Part shown: positions 54,694 through 63,617 of the stretch, one piece after another | Numbering within the stretch: the first letter of the stretch is position 1 | Layout of the letters: each line of letters opens with the position of its first letter | Virus record (IMG/VR): IMGVR_UViG_3300028840_001395 | Span: 124,001 to 188,000 of that record | DNA: 64,000 bases | Reading direction: 5' to 3' (one strand) | Notes under the pieces: model-generated | The model's database searches: none | What the model was told of the DNA's origin: nothing | Seen by the model: the letters and a program-made list of their open reading frames with translations, nothing else | Position numbers and translations under genes: made by a program

Positions 54694-54867
54694 ATGCCCG
54701 TATATGAATACGAATGCCCCAAGTGCAAGCACCGCTTCGAGCGCCTCGTCAAGATCAGCGACCCGCTGCCCGAGTGTCCCGAGTGCGGTCACAAGCCCGT
54801 CGAGAAGGCTGTGAGCGTATCGACGTTCAAGCTGAAGGGTGGGGGCTGGGCCGAGGACGGGTACTAG
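54694..54867 (+). CDS. FmdB-family zinc-ribbon protein (57 aa, absent from ORF track)
   Basis: MPVYEYECPKCKHRFE...PECPECG...FKLKGGGW. Confidence 0.85.
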   Translation: MPVYEYECPKCKHRFERLVKISDPLPECPECGHKPVEKAVSVSTFKLKGGGWAEDGY

Positions 54868-55190
54868 CCGTAGGGCTTGTGCTCGACCACGATGGTCACG
54901 ACCTCGGTGCCGTCGTTCCGGCGCTTCGGGCGTCCTCTGACCTCGGTGACGAACTGATCACGCTTGAGTTCGGACGAGATCGCACGAACCTTGTCCTTGG
55001 GGATGTTGTAGAAGACGTAGCTCTCCTTGCGCCCCGAGAACTCGACCACGAAGTCCAGATCCCAGTCGTAGTCGAAGCCCCTCGGAAGATGCTTCCTGAC
55101 GACCTTGACCGCATCACGACCCGTTGGCCCACGCTCATCGAGATGCAGCCGCGCCTGGCGCTGAACGAACGTCCAGTCCTTGAGGTCCAT
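54864..55190 (-). CDS. Hypothetical protein with N-terminal LKDWTFV peptide
   Basis: 3' part of track ORF 54864..55892; N-terminus matches 44049. Confidence 0.6.
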   Translation of the reverse strand: MDLKDWTFVQRQARLHLDERGPTGRDAVKVVRKHLPRGFDYDWDLDFVVEFSGRKESYVFYNIPKDKVRAISSELKRDQFVTEVRGRPKRRNDGTEVVTIVVEHKPYG

Positions 55191-55195
55191 CGTTG

Positions 55196-56032
55196 CTACC
55201 CTGGCCTGTAGATGTTGTGCTTCCGCGCCCAGTCGAGAAGCTCCCGGTCGAAGTCGTGGAACTCCCGGCGGTGATTCATGAACCGGATGTGAGCCATCTC
55301 GTGAATCATCGTCCGCATCACGGCAGAGTACTTCCGCAGCTTCATCGGGTTCTTCTTCTGTCGGACGTTCAGGGCGATGACGCCCCCGCCGCCCCGGTTG
55401 AAGCCCAGCGACCCCTCGGCCACGGACTCCTTCATCTTCTTCCAGCGGAGGCCGAACTCCTTTGCAAGAGGCTTCACGTCGCGCTCGATGCGCCCCATGA
55501 TGGCCGCGACCTCTTCCTTGCCCTCGACATCGTAGACCGAGTAGCCGTTGATCACGGTCCGGGTCCAGTCCTTGCGCTGCTCGACCCGCTGCTTCTTGCC
55601 TTCCAGATGCTTCTTGCCCCACCTGACCCACTTGGGCAGATACTTCTGCTTGACGTAGTTGTCGGCGTCCATCCCCCACAGAATCAGGAGCTTGTTGCCC
55701 TTGATCTTGGCCTTGGAGCGGCGGTTGTCGGTGTTGACCTGGGTGACCTTGATGCCGTCGATCACCGAGTCCTCGTAGGGGCCGATGGCCTTGGCGGTCT
55801 TTCCTCGGGCCTTGATGCAGGCCTTGCAGTTGGCCTTCGCCCGACCGTCGTTCGACAGGATAGTCCAGTTCTCGTCCACACCCTTCCCGCACAGCGTCTT
55901 GTCCTCGTTCTCGGCCCAGTGGATTGGCCCGTAGGGCTTGCCGCTCTTTGAGCGGACACGCTGAACCGTGTAGAGGGGATACTTGCCCTTGGCACCCAGC
56001 CAGCGGGCGGCGATGCGTTCGGCGGTGTTCAT
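55196..56032 (-). CDS. WLM/SprT-like zincin metallopeptidase with N-terminal RIAARW peptide
   Basis: SLGFN...IALNVR...MRTMIHEMAHIRFMNHRREF. Confidence 0.75.
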   Translation of the reverse strand: MNTAERIAARWLGAKGKYPLYTVQRVRSKSGKPYGPIHWAENEDKTLCGKGVDENWTILSNDGRAKANCKACIKARGKTAKAIGPYEDSVIDGIKVTQVNTDNRRSKAKIKGNKLLILWGMDADNYVKQKYLPKWVRWGKKHLEGKKQRVEQRKDWTRTVINGYSVYDVEGKEEVAAIMGRIERDVKPLAKEFGLRWKKMKESVAEGSLGFNRGGGGVIALNVRQKKNPMKLRKYSAVMRTMIHEMAHIRFMNHRREFHDFDRELLDWARKHNIYRPG

Positions 56033-56457
56033 GTGATCAACATGTCGAAGCCGTCCCTCTGGACAAGGGCGGTGATTCGCTCCAGGGTGACGTTGATGAC
56101 TCCCTGCATGGAGCCTCTCCCGCTCCAAGTGGCGGTGCCCGTCACCTCGGCCTTGATGCTTCGTCCATCGGCCCACATGATGACCTTGCCGTAGTCGGCC
56201 TTCGCCCGGCCACCAGCCTTGCTGATGCCAGTCTTCAGCTCGGTGGTGACCTTCTGCGCGACCTTCCGCAAGAGGGCGTCCCGCTTGACGATCTCTTCGA
56301 GGACAGTCGTGCCACCCATGCTGGAAGTGACGATGATGTCGGCGCTTTTGTCCCGGGTACGGACTTCGACCAGCCCGTAGAGGCCCACAGCGGTCTTGGT
56401 GACGTAGCGGGAGGCGACTCGGCGGCGCATGGAACGGTCGGACTTCATCTGGGCCAT
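56029..56457 (-). CDS. Hypothetical protein with N-terminal RVASRY...KTA peptide
   Basis: GGAGG RBS after a class II motif. Confidence 0.65.
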   Translation of the reverse strand: MAQMKSDRSMRRRVASRYVTKTAVGLYGLVEVRTRDKSADIIVTSSMGGTTVLEEIVKRDALLRKVAQKVTTELKTGISKAGGRAKADYGKVIMWADGRSIKAEVTGTATWSGRGSMQGVINVTLERITALVQRDGFDMLIT

Positions 56458-56471
56458 GAGAATCCTCCACA

Positions 56472-56497
56472 GGTTCTACGGAGGGAGTCTCATAGAG
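56472..56497 (-). promoter_or_regulatory. Class II motif copy (CTCTAT-N12-GTAGAACC)
   Basis: Identical spacing and 3' box to the copy at 62067. Confidence 0.55.
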
Positions 56498-56500
56498 GAT

Positions 56501-56944
56501 CTACCGAGTTGGGAACCCCATTCCCCAGCCACCTTCGGGCAGAGCGCAGATCCCGACCCCTTGCAGAGCACCCATCAGGTCGTCAAACCGCTCTCGCAGA
56601 TAGGCTTCCTGCTCGGGATGGAGCTTGGCCGCATGAGGATCGTCCCCGGTCAGCATGAAGCGGAAGAACTTGAGCGACCGAAGTGCCGCCTTCATCTCTT
56701 CATCACCCTCGATGGGTTCGCCGGTCAGGTGGATTTCGAGCAAGAGGGCTTGCTTGTCGTCGTAGTTGGATCGGGCGCACTTGTCGCAGGCAGCGACGGC
56801 GGGATCTTCGGGCAAGATGCCGAAGGACTCGCCGTTGGTGAAGGGGCGCTTGCAGAAAGCGCAATGGTCAGGGGCCATATCGTGACTGTAGTGGGTGTTG
56901 CTCATAGGATAGATGCCTCCTCCTCGGTACGCCAGGTGTGCCAC
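56501..56944 (-). CDS. Zinc-binding hypothetical protein
   Basis: CAFC...CDKC. Confidence 0.55.
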   Translation of the reverse strand: MAHLAYRGGGIYPMSNTHYSHDMAPDHCAFCKRPFTNGESFGILPEDPAVAACDKCARSNYDDKQALLLEIHLTGEPIEGDEEMKAALRSLKFFRFMLTGDDPHAAKLHPEQEAYLRERFDDLMGALQGVGICALPEGGWGMGFPTR

Positions 56945-57630
56945 TCGGCGGGGATGTTCTTGTCCATCAGGTCATCCCCGTCGTACTCCCGTTCCAACAC
57001 CCCGTCGTGGATGAGCAACTCCAGTTTCGGCCCACAGCCGTTCTCCCGGCCTGGGAACCACGTCCAACCCACCCGGAACCAGCAGTCCGGGTGCCTGTTG
57101 GGATGCGGGACGACCCTCGCTCCCATCCAGGGTGTACGTTCTATACCGAGTCCTCCTACGCTGGTGTAACTACTTTCCAGGTCGCAGAGCAGATGCGAGT
57201 TGAGAATGGCCACTAGACGGCCCTGGGGCAGCCAGAGAGGCCCTTCGTCGGTGTCGAGGTGGATATCACCCGCCGCCCGGTAGATGCCCGACAGACCGCT
57301 CTCTGGAGCACTGAAGCTCCGGTCGAAGATGGTCTGGGCCAGGGAGCACCAGCCGATGAAGTCCTGTTCAGTCAGGTTGACCCGTCCACAGAGGCTCCGC
57401 AGCAGGTAGCCGTTGATCGAAGCTCGGAGGATGACGTACTCGCCCGTTTCGTCCAAGACCATCGGGCCTTCCACCACGAGGTTGCGGGCGACGATCTTGG
57501 CTTCGAGATACCCTGACCGAGGTTTCTCGAAGTGCGGCTTGCGGCCATGCAGGACTTCACCGAAGGTCTCCCGCATCGTGCGGCAGAACAGGTCACGCAG
57601 CGGGTCGTCCAGTGGGATGGTGACGCTCAT
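56902..57630 (-). CDS. DFxGW-family paralogue
   Basis: RETFGE...QDFIGWCSLA. Confidence 0.65.
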   Translation of the reverse strand: MSVTIPLDDPLRDLFCRTMRETFGEVLHGRKPHFEKPRSGYLEAKIVARNLVVEGPMVLDETGEYVILRASINGYLLRSLCGRVNLTEQDFIGWCSLAQTIFDRSFSAPESGLSGIYRAAGDIHLDTDEGPLWLPQGRLVAILNSHLLCDLESSYTSVGGLGIERTPWMGARVVPHPNRHPDCWFRVGWTWFPGRENGCGPKLELLIHDGVLEREYDGDDLMDKNIPAEWHTWRTEEEASIL

Positions 57631-58229
57631 TCGCTGATGGGTCGGAGGCAGCCCAGTCGAATCATGCGGGGGATGTTGGAGATGCTGTCGCTCTTGCTCG
57701 GGGTAATCCACGGCCCCCGGTCACTCCCGAAGTGAAGCCGGATACGGCGACCGTGACCGTATCCGGCCACCTGAACCCGGTCACCCTTCTTGAACCGCAC
57801 CGATGTCTGGGAGGGCTCGTCGTAGATGCCGAAGGTCTTGACCACATGAAAGAGCTGCCCCTCGGTGGAGATCCGGTCATACTCGGTCTTGACCTTGTAA
57901 ATCCACCCCTGAAAATCCGACCAAGATGAGTTCCGGAGGGCCGAACGGTCAAGCTCCTCGACCCGCTGTGGGGAGGAATCCCGGCGATAGAAGATGGCCA
58001 CGGCGGCGTGGTCATTGATGGAGATCTTCACCTTGTACTGGTCATCCAGGTCGCCCCGGAGGATGAACATGCCGCTCTGCCCACCATCCTCCCACTTGAA
58101 GTCCCGAGCGCAGTCATCCCCGAACACAGAGCACACCAGGTCAGCCACCTTGGCCAAGAACGGCTCCATCGCCCCCGGATGGGGCTTGATGACCAGACCT
58201 GGATTCAACGCCAGGGGCACCATTGTCAC
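57627..58229 (-). CDS. DFxGW-family paralogue
   Basis: CSVFGD...WSDFQGWIY; HVVKTF module. Confidence 0.65.
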   Translation of the reverse strand: MTMVPLALNPGLVIKPHPGAMEPFLAKVADLVCSVFGDDCARDFKWEDGGQSGMFILRGDLDDQYKVKISINDHAAVAIFYRRDSSPQRVEELDRSALRNSSWSDFQGWIYKVKTEYDRISTEGQLFHVVKTFGIYDEPSQTSVRFKKGDRVQVAGYGHGRRIRLHFGSDRGPWITPSKSDSISNIPRMIRLGCLRPISE

Positions 58230-58245
58230 TTCGACACCTCCCAGA

Positions 58246-58277
58246 GTAGACTACTCTGTCGGAAGGGAAATTAAGCC
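58246..58277 (-). promoter_or_regulatory. Class I bipartite phage promoter motif
   Basis: GGCTTAA-N14-GAGTAGTCTAC. Confidence 0.72.
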
Positions 58278-59239
58278 CCTGCTACCAGGCTCTTGGATAG
58301 CGATACCCAGCCCACGAAGTCATCCCAGCGGGCGTTGTCGAGGGTCGTATCGTCCAGCATCGGTTCATCCTCGGCACCCCGCACCATGCACCGGGACGAG
58401 TTGGGCCTGATCTGGACGAGGATGTCCCGATCCCTCTTGACCCTGACCAGGACGCTCACGATGAGACTGCCACTCTCAAGATCCTGGGTTTCGTTCAAGA
58501 TCCAGAGCTTGTCCGGCACCTCGGGGAACACGTCACGGAGAAGCTCCATGACCTTGCGGATGAATGCCGTGGAGGCCCTGTAGCCGCCCGCATCAGGCGG
58601 GAGCTTGCGAAGGGCCACCTCGGGGCGAATGAACTGAGGCAGTGTGTCGTTGTGAGGGGTCATATCGCTCTCCTCCGAGGGCTTGCTGAAGCTGTCCTCG
58701 GGCATCGGATTGCTCTTGAGCACGGCCTCGGCAGCGGTCACCAGAGCCAACAACGCTCGATTATCCCGTCCTCCGCCCCCCTCCTGCAACCTCTCCTTGA
58801 CCTCGGTGAGTGCCTCCTCGGTCAGGGGCGGCGGGTCAGTTTCCGGCTTGGCGTCCCAGTCAACGGGCCGGGCAGCCTTGGGGTCACCTACGGGGTAGCC
58901 CTCCTCGGTGTCCGCCGGAGGTGGAGTGAGCATCTCCGAGTCCACCTTGCCTGCGAGAGCCTGTGCTGCCTCGGTGTAGGTGGTGTTGTAGAGTGAATCA
59001 CGGGTCGAACCCGTGGTGCTCATAGGCCCAGCGATCAGCCGACCATCACGGATGGCCTCCTCGGTTTCTGCATCAATGTCCGCCCGAACTTCCGGGGGGA
59101 GATCCCTGACCTTGACCGTGTGATTCGCAAGCTGATCATCCAGTTCCTTGAGGTCATCACGGAGCTTCTCCGTGTCCGGTTCCGTGACTACGGTTCCCGT
59201 TCCCTTGACCAGCTTGTGCAGCCATTCACGCAGGCTCAT
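58271..59239 (-). CDS. DFxGW-family paralogue (domain at C-terminus)
   Basis: RDVFPEV...WDDFVGWVSL. Confidence 0.7.
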   Translation of the reverse strand: MSLREWLHKLVKGTGTVVTEPDTEKLRDDLKELDDQLANHTVKVRDLPPEVRADIDAETEEAIRDGRLIAGPMSTTGSTRDSLYNTTYTEAAQALAGKVDSEMLTPPPADTEEGYPVGDPKAARPVDWDAKPETDPPPLTEEALTEVKERLQEGGGGRDNRALLALVTAAEAVLKSNPMPEDSFSKPSEESDMTPHNDTLPQFIRPEVALRKLPPDAGGYRASTAFIRKVMELLRDVFPEVPDKLWILNETQDLESGSLIVSVLVRVKRDRDILVQIRPNSSRCMVRGAEDEPMLDDTTLDNARWDDFVGWVSLSKSLVAGA

Positions 59240-59261
59240 GGCCCTTCTACCCCACTCGGCG

Positions 59262-59293
59262 GCATCACGGCCCCCTCTTCGGGGGTAGAATAC
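59262..59293 (+). promoter_or_regulatory. Divergent class I-like motif
   Basis: GCATCAC-N14-GGGTAGAATAC upstream of 59299. Confidence 0.3.
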
Positions 59294-59298
59294 CCCCG

Positions 59299-59904
59299 AT
59301 GGATAGGCTGAAGGAACACCGTGACCTCGCTCTCAAGCTCCTCGTGGCCCGCAGCTTGCCCTCGGGCTTGCCCTGGTCGGTGGACGAGGACACCAAGTAT
59401 ATCGCCCGTGAGCGGGTCTTGTGGGCCGCTCTGTCGGACACCGAGAAGGAGCAGGAGCAGAAGTGGTTGCAGGAGTTCTGGGCCGAAGAGAAGCCCCGGA
59501 TGTACTGCCCCGACCCCTGCTGGGGTGACTGGGCCTCGAAGATCGAGGTGATCGAGATTCTGGACGAGGCGTTCGGAAGCCCCTCTGACGCCTTCAGGCC
59601 CTATCAGAAAGGGCCTCTCGGCCCCGACGTGGCCCCGAACCACCACAAGCTCTGTGACTGGCTCTGGACACGCGGATTCCATGCTGTCAGCGCCTCTGAC
59701 CCCCTCACCCTCATCATCCCTCCACACCGGGTCAATCAGGAAGCCGACCGGCTCCTGGCGCTCCTGGCTCGCAACTTCCCGAAGCTCGACATCCGCCCCT
59801 TCGGTGACAGGGGTGGCCCCGTCCAGTTGCGCTCGACCTATGATCCCGTCATGGGAACAGCCTTCATCGAGCTACACGGGCTAGATGATTCGGACTTCAA
59901 CTAA
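59299..59904 (+). CDS. Hypothetical protein
   Basis: Only long GC3-biased frame in this gap. Confidence 0.65.
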   Translation: MDRLKEHRDLALKLLVARSLPSGLPWSVDEDTKYIARERVLWAALSDTEKEQEQKWLQEFWAEEKPRMYCPDPCWGDWASKIEVIEILDEAFGSPSDAFRPYQKGPLGPDVAPNHHKLCDWLWTRGFHAVSASDPLTLIIPPHRVNQEADRLLALLARNFPKLDIRPFGDRGGPVQLRSTYDPVMGTAFIELHGLDDSDFN

Positions 59905-59928
59905 CCAACTACCTAGATTTTTCGGGGT

Positions 59929-61050
59929 CTAATTGGTTGGGGCTTGTGGCAACCCGTCCCGATTTTTCGGGCGATAATTCGTCAGGTGGATAGAGTGAAA
60001 TGCGTCGTTGTTCGCATTGGAGAAGATGACGGTGCCGTCCTCCACAAGGTCATTGGCGGTCAGCTCGATACCCCGGAACGTGACCCTTCCTTGAGCGGGC
60101 CTGAATGAGTCCGATACGTGCTCGGTGCGTTCTTTCAACAGGGCATGGAGCATCAGAGGGTTCATCTGGATGCGGCTCGGCCACCCGTTCGTCTTGGTGA
60201 CTACGGCGCTGACCCCCTCGTAGATGGCTTCCGAGATCGGTGTCCGGGTGCCCAGCGGGGGGTCGCCCCAACCCAGCGGACTCGCTGCAGGGGGGACGTG
60301 GCCGTGCCCCCGCAGAATCTCGACCGCCTTGTCCTCCATCTCCGCGACAGCCTTCTCCACGATGGAGGTGAGCAGTCCTGCCTTGTCGCTACGCTTGCCC
60401 GTGGGGTCGGGGAGGAGCCGGACGTAGGCATAGGGGTGCATCGCCCGCCAAGGCCGGGGGAACGTCACAGACCAGCGAGTCGTCGGGGCGACCTCGTAGG
60501 TGGCCTTGCTCAATGAGATCTGGTTGAACGGCGGGATTCCGACTGGAGCCATTCTCCAGCAGAGGGCCTGGAGGTTGGGCATCTTGTAGCGGGAGTGGGT
60601 GTCAAGAAGCAGGTCGTAGGTCAACTCGGGCAGCCAGTCCTTGACCCAGGACACCCAGCCGATGACCTCGCTCATGTCCTTCGCCAGGTGCTCATCTCGG
60701 ATACGCCAGTCGCTCTCATGGGAGCCGTCCGCCCAAGCGATCTCCTTGAGTGACAGGTAGATCTTCTTGTCGCTGTTGAGCCCCCAGAGGTGTTGGATGT
60801 CGAGGCGGAAGTCCTGGGTGTCCGCACTGTCCAGTTCTCCGGCCCTGATACGAACCGTGATGGGGGTCATGTCCTGATCTTCAGCGTCTCTGCGCTGGAA
60901 TCCGACTTCGACTGGGCTTTCAAGGAAGGTATCGAGGAGCAGTTCCACGACACCTCGGAGGTCGAGGCCGTTGCACCGTTCCCGCAAGGCGCAGTGGCTC
61001 ATCTTGTCGAGGGCGCTCCGAAGCGTGACGTTCGCGTCGGCCAAGGTCAC
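59929..61050 (-). CDS. DFxGW-family paralogue (divergent)
   Basis: LDTFLE...SEVIGWVSWVK. Confidence 0.65.
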   Translation of the reverse strand: MTLADANVTLRSALDKMSHCALRERCNGLDLRGVVELLLDTFLESPVEVGFQRRDAEDQDMTPITVRIRAGELDSADTQDFRLDIQHLWGLNSDKKIYLSLKEIAWADGSHESDWRIRDEHLAKDMSEVIGWVSWVKDWLPELTYDLLLDTHSRYKMPNLQALCWRMAPVGIPPFNQISLSKATYEVAPTTRWSVTFPRPWRAMHPYAYVRLLPDPTGKRSDKAGLLTSIVEKAVAEMEDKAVEILRGHGHVPPAASPLGWGDPPLGTRTPISEAIYEGVSAVVTKTNGWPSRIQMNPLMLHALLKERTEHVSDSFRPAQGRVTFRGIELTANDLVEDGTVIFSNANNDAFHSIHLTNYRPKNRDGLPQAPTN

Positions 61051-62048
61051 CTCTTGATGGCCACCGGAAGTAGCCGAGCACCTTGTTCCGTATGGTGCTT
61101 CATCACGTAGATCTGGCCCAAGTCCTTCCTCTCACCCCACTCTACCCAGAACGCTGCACCCAGCGTGTCCAGATCGTCACCGAGCTTCTTCGCCCACTTC
61201 TCGGGCGTGTCCACCTTCTTCGCGGGCTGGGCCACGGCCAGAATCCGGGTCGTGGTCAGGCGCGATAGCTCGGGAAGCCGGTCTTGCACCTTCTTGGTCA
61301 GGATGGGGTCATCGAGGACGACCAGGTGGGGCTTGTCGAGGCCCTTGATCCAGGTCACCAGGCTGTCGAACACGTCATGCGACTTGCCCTCGGTGTCGAA
61401 ACTGTGGACGGACAGCACCTTGTCGCTGTCGCGCCACTGGGGGAACCGTCTGGCGAAGCTGTTGAGGAACTCCACTGGCTCTTGCTCGTTGGTCAGGACG
61501 TGAACCGGCCCCTCGTCCAGCGCCGCGTAGGCGATGTGCAGGGCCACCGAGGACTTTCCGCCGCCCGGAGGCCCGGCGATGATGGCTGACCCGACCCAGA
61601 ACAAGTCGGACATCTCGATGAGGTGCTGCGCCCGCCCACTGGGCCGGACGTAGGCAGGCTTGCTGTCCGCCCCGTGCTTCACGGACAAGGGCGGCAGCGG
61701 GAAGTCGATGCCACAGGCGTCGAGCATCCGGCCAGCCTCCATGATGATCTCGCGGTAGACGCGCTCCATGAGCCAGGACTCGAACTTCTCCCAGTCCGGG
61801 TCGCCTGGCAGTTGGAAGGTCGAGATGGGGGTGGACTCGCACTGCTGGGAGAAGAACACGTCGATGATGTGGCCGTTGACCTCCTCCTCCAGCACGGGGG
61901 CGACTTCGATGTAGTAGCGGTTGGCTATCATGCCCTGATACACGTCACCGTCCGGCTCGTCAGGATCCCACTCCAGCTTGACGAACGGGAATACGTCCGC
62001 GATCAGAGCGGCCACGCGCTTCATCGTCTTGAGCAGTGATTCGTCCAT
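61047..62048 (-). CDS. DFxGW-family domain fused to a RecA/KaiC-like P-loop NTPase
   Basis: ADVFPFV...WEKFESWL; Walker A GPPGGGKS; Walker B LVVLDD. Confidence 0.75.
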   Translation of the reverse strand: MDESLLKTMKRVAALIADVFPFVKLEWDPDEPDGDVYQGMIANRYYIEVAPVLEEEVNGHIIDVFFSQQCESTPISTFQLPGDPDWEKFESWLMERVYREIIMEAGRMLDACGIDFPLPPLSVKHGADSKPAYVRPSGRAQHLIEMSDLFWVGSAIIAGPPGGGKSSVALHIAYAALDEGPVHVLTNEQEPVEFLNSFARRFPQWRDSDKVLSVHSFDTEGKSHDVFDSLVTWIKGLDKPHLVVLDDPILTKKVQDRLPELSRLTTTRILAVAQPAKKVDTPEKWAKKLGDDLDTLGAAFWVEWGERKDLGQIYVMKHHTEQGARLLPVAIKR

Positions 62049-62066
62049 GATCTTCCTCGACGTAGT

Positions 62067-62092
62067 GGTTCTACAAGGCCATCCCTATAGGG
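62067..62092 (-). promoter_or_regulatory. Class II motif copy (CCCTAT-N12-GTAGAACC)
   Basis: Matches the copy at 56472. Confidence 0.55.
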
Positions 62093-62095
62093 CAA

Positions 62096-62890
62096 TCAAG
62101 GGGCAATCGCCCTGGGACTCACCTTGACCGGATCCTCACTGAGCCGAAGATGGTCAAAGATCGCCTTGATGTAGAGCCGCTTGAGCAACTTCTGGGCTCG
62201 CTCGATGAAGGTGTCGTCCGACCCCCGGAACGTGATCTCGCCCTTCCGAGACAAGGTGTCCGTCCCGACCATAATCCTGTAGGCCCACTGGAAAGGCTGT
62301 TCACCCATGAAGCGGTTGTGAATCCGGCCCACGACGTTACCTTCGACGGCTCCGTTGACCTTGAACAGCATCGAGACGGGCTTGGTCGTGTCGTCGGTGT
62401 GGTTGAACATCCACTTGACGGTCATGTCGTCAGCCACGTAGCGGATGATCTCCTGCGGGGCCTTCCCGCACTGGCGGAGGACTTCCAACGCCCCTCGAAT
62501 CATGGCGTCGTTGTGGTGTCCCTGGTAGCCGTCCGGGAACAGGTCTGCCGGATCCATCATGCCGATCAACGTCTGCTGGGCCAGTTGGGCGATGCTCTCC
62601 CAGATGTAGGACAGCCAACCGATGAGGTCGGCCTCGGTACGGGGCCTGTACGCGTCGAGACGCTTCGCAGCCTCGACGTTCCAGCGCCAGCGACCACCCG
62701 CCTTCCACTCGACGCGGGCGACGTGGCTGGTCAGGTCGGTGTGCAGCAGGATGAAGTGCTTGCCGACGCGGAACGCCTCCGCGCCCTCCTTGTATTGATT
62801 CTTGTCGAACAGGGCGGTGCCGTCGTCTTTCTCGGCTCCAGGGAAGATGCTCCGGATGATACGACCACCCTCGTCCATTCGGATGGTCAT
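62096..62890 (-). CDS. DFxGW-family paralogue
   Basis: RSIFPG...ADLIGWLSY; ATGA overlap. Confidence 0.65.
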   Translation of the reverse strand: MTIRMDEGGRIIRSIFPGAEKDDGTALFDKNQYKEGAEAFRVGKHFILLHTDLTSHVARVEWKAGGRWRWNVEAAKRLDAYRPRTEADLIGWLSYIWESIAQLAQQTLIGMMDPADLFPDGYQGHHNDAMIRGALEVLRQCGKAPQEIIRYVADDMTVKWMFNHTDDTTKPVSMLFKVNGAVEGNVVGRIHNRFMGEQPFQWAYRIMVGTDTLSRKGEITFRGSDDTFIERAQKLLKRLYIKAIFDHLRLSEDPVKVSPRAIAP

Positions 62891-63603
62891 TGCTCCGCCC
62901 TCCACAGGCTGTCGAGGCGCTCGATCTCCGGCTTGGTGATCTGGCCCGTCAGGCGGCTGTTCTCCCGCTGGTCCTTGTACATATCCGCCCACTGGGGGTC
63001 GGACTCCGCCTTCTCCTCCGGGTCTGCCAGACCCTCATCTACCGCCGCCTCCATCGGGGACTGGGGACAACGCCAGCCGTTCTCATCCGTGAGCATCCAC
63101 AGGAGCTTCTGGCGCTCCTCGGGATCCTTGACGTGCTTGATGTCGGCTTCCATCAGGATTGGCCATGCTTCGCCGCAGTCGTAGCACATGTAGGGCACTG
63201 GCTTGGTGACGTGCCCGTTGGTGATGCTCCGGCACGTCCGGCGGCGTCCGCCCCGCAGCGCGAGCCAGTTGAGGATGACCCGCTCCCACTCCCACTCGGG
63301 GCCACTCACGCTGTAGTTGAAGCCGATCTTGGTCGTGCCCTTGCCGTCGTGGTAGAAGATCTCCTTCGGCCCGACACAGAGGATGCTGGACGTATCCCCC
63401 CGCTGGATGGACGCACGGACATCATCCAGGGTGCCCCCGTTGTCGAGGATATGGCCATACATGAAGTTGGTTTCGGCCCACCTCTGGAAGTGCTCGCTCT
63501 CGGCCAGGATCTCCGTCCAGGGGCGCATGTGTTCGCGCAGGAAGGCGGCGAACAGGTCGCGGGCCTTCTTCGACTTCATGGTCACAGAGATCGAGTAGCC
63601 CAT
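62887..63603 (-). CDS. Hypothetical protein
   Basis: GGAGGT RBS after a class I promoter. Confidence 0.7.
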   Translation of the reverse strand: MGYSISVTMKSKKARDLFAAFLREHMRPWTEILAESEHFQRWAETNFMYGHILDNGGTLDDVRASIQRGDTSSILCVGPKEIFYHDGKGTTKIGFNYSVSGPEWEWERVILNWLALRGGRRRTCRSITNGHVTKPVPYMCYDCGEAWPILMEADIKHVKDPEERQKLLWMLTDENGWRCPQSPMEAAVDEGLADPEEKAESDPQWADMYKDQRENSRLTGQITKPEIERLDSLWRAEQ

Positions 63604-63617
63604 GTGGACACCTCCAC

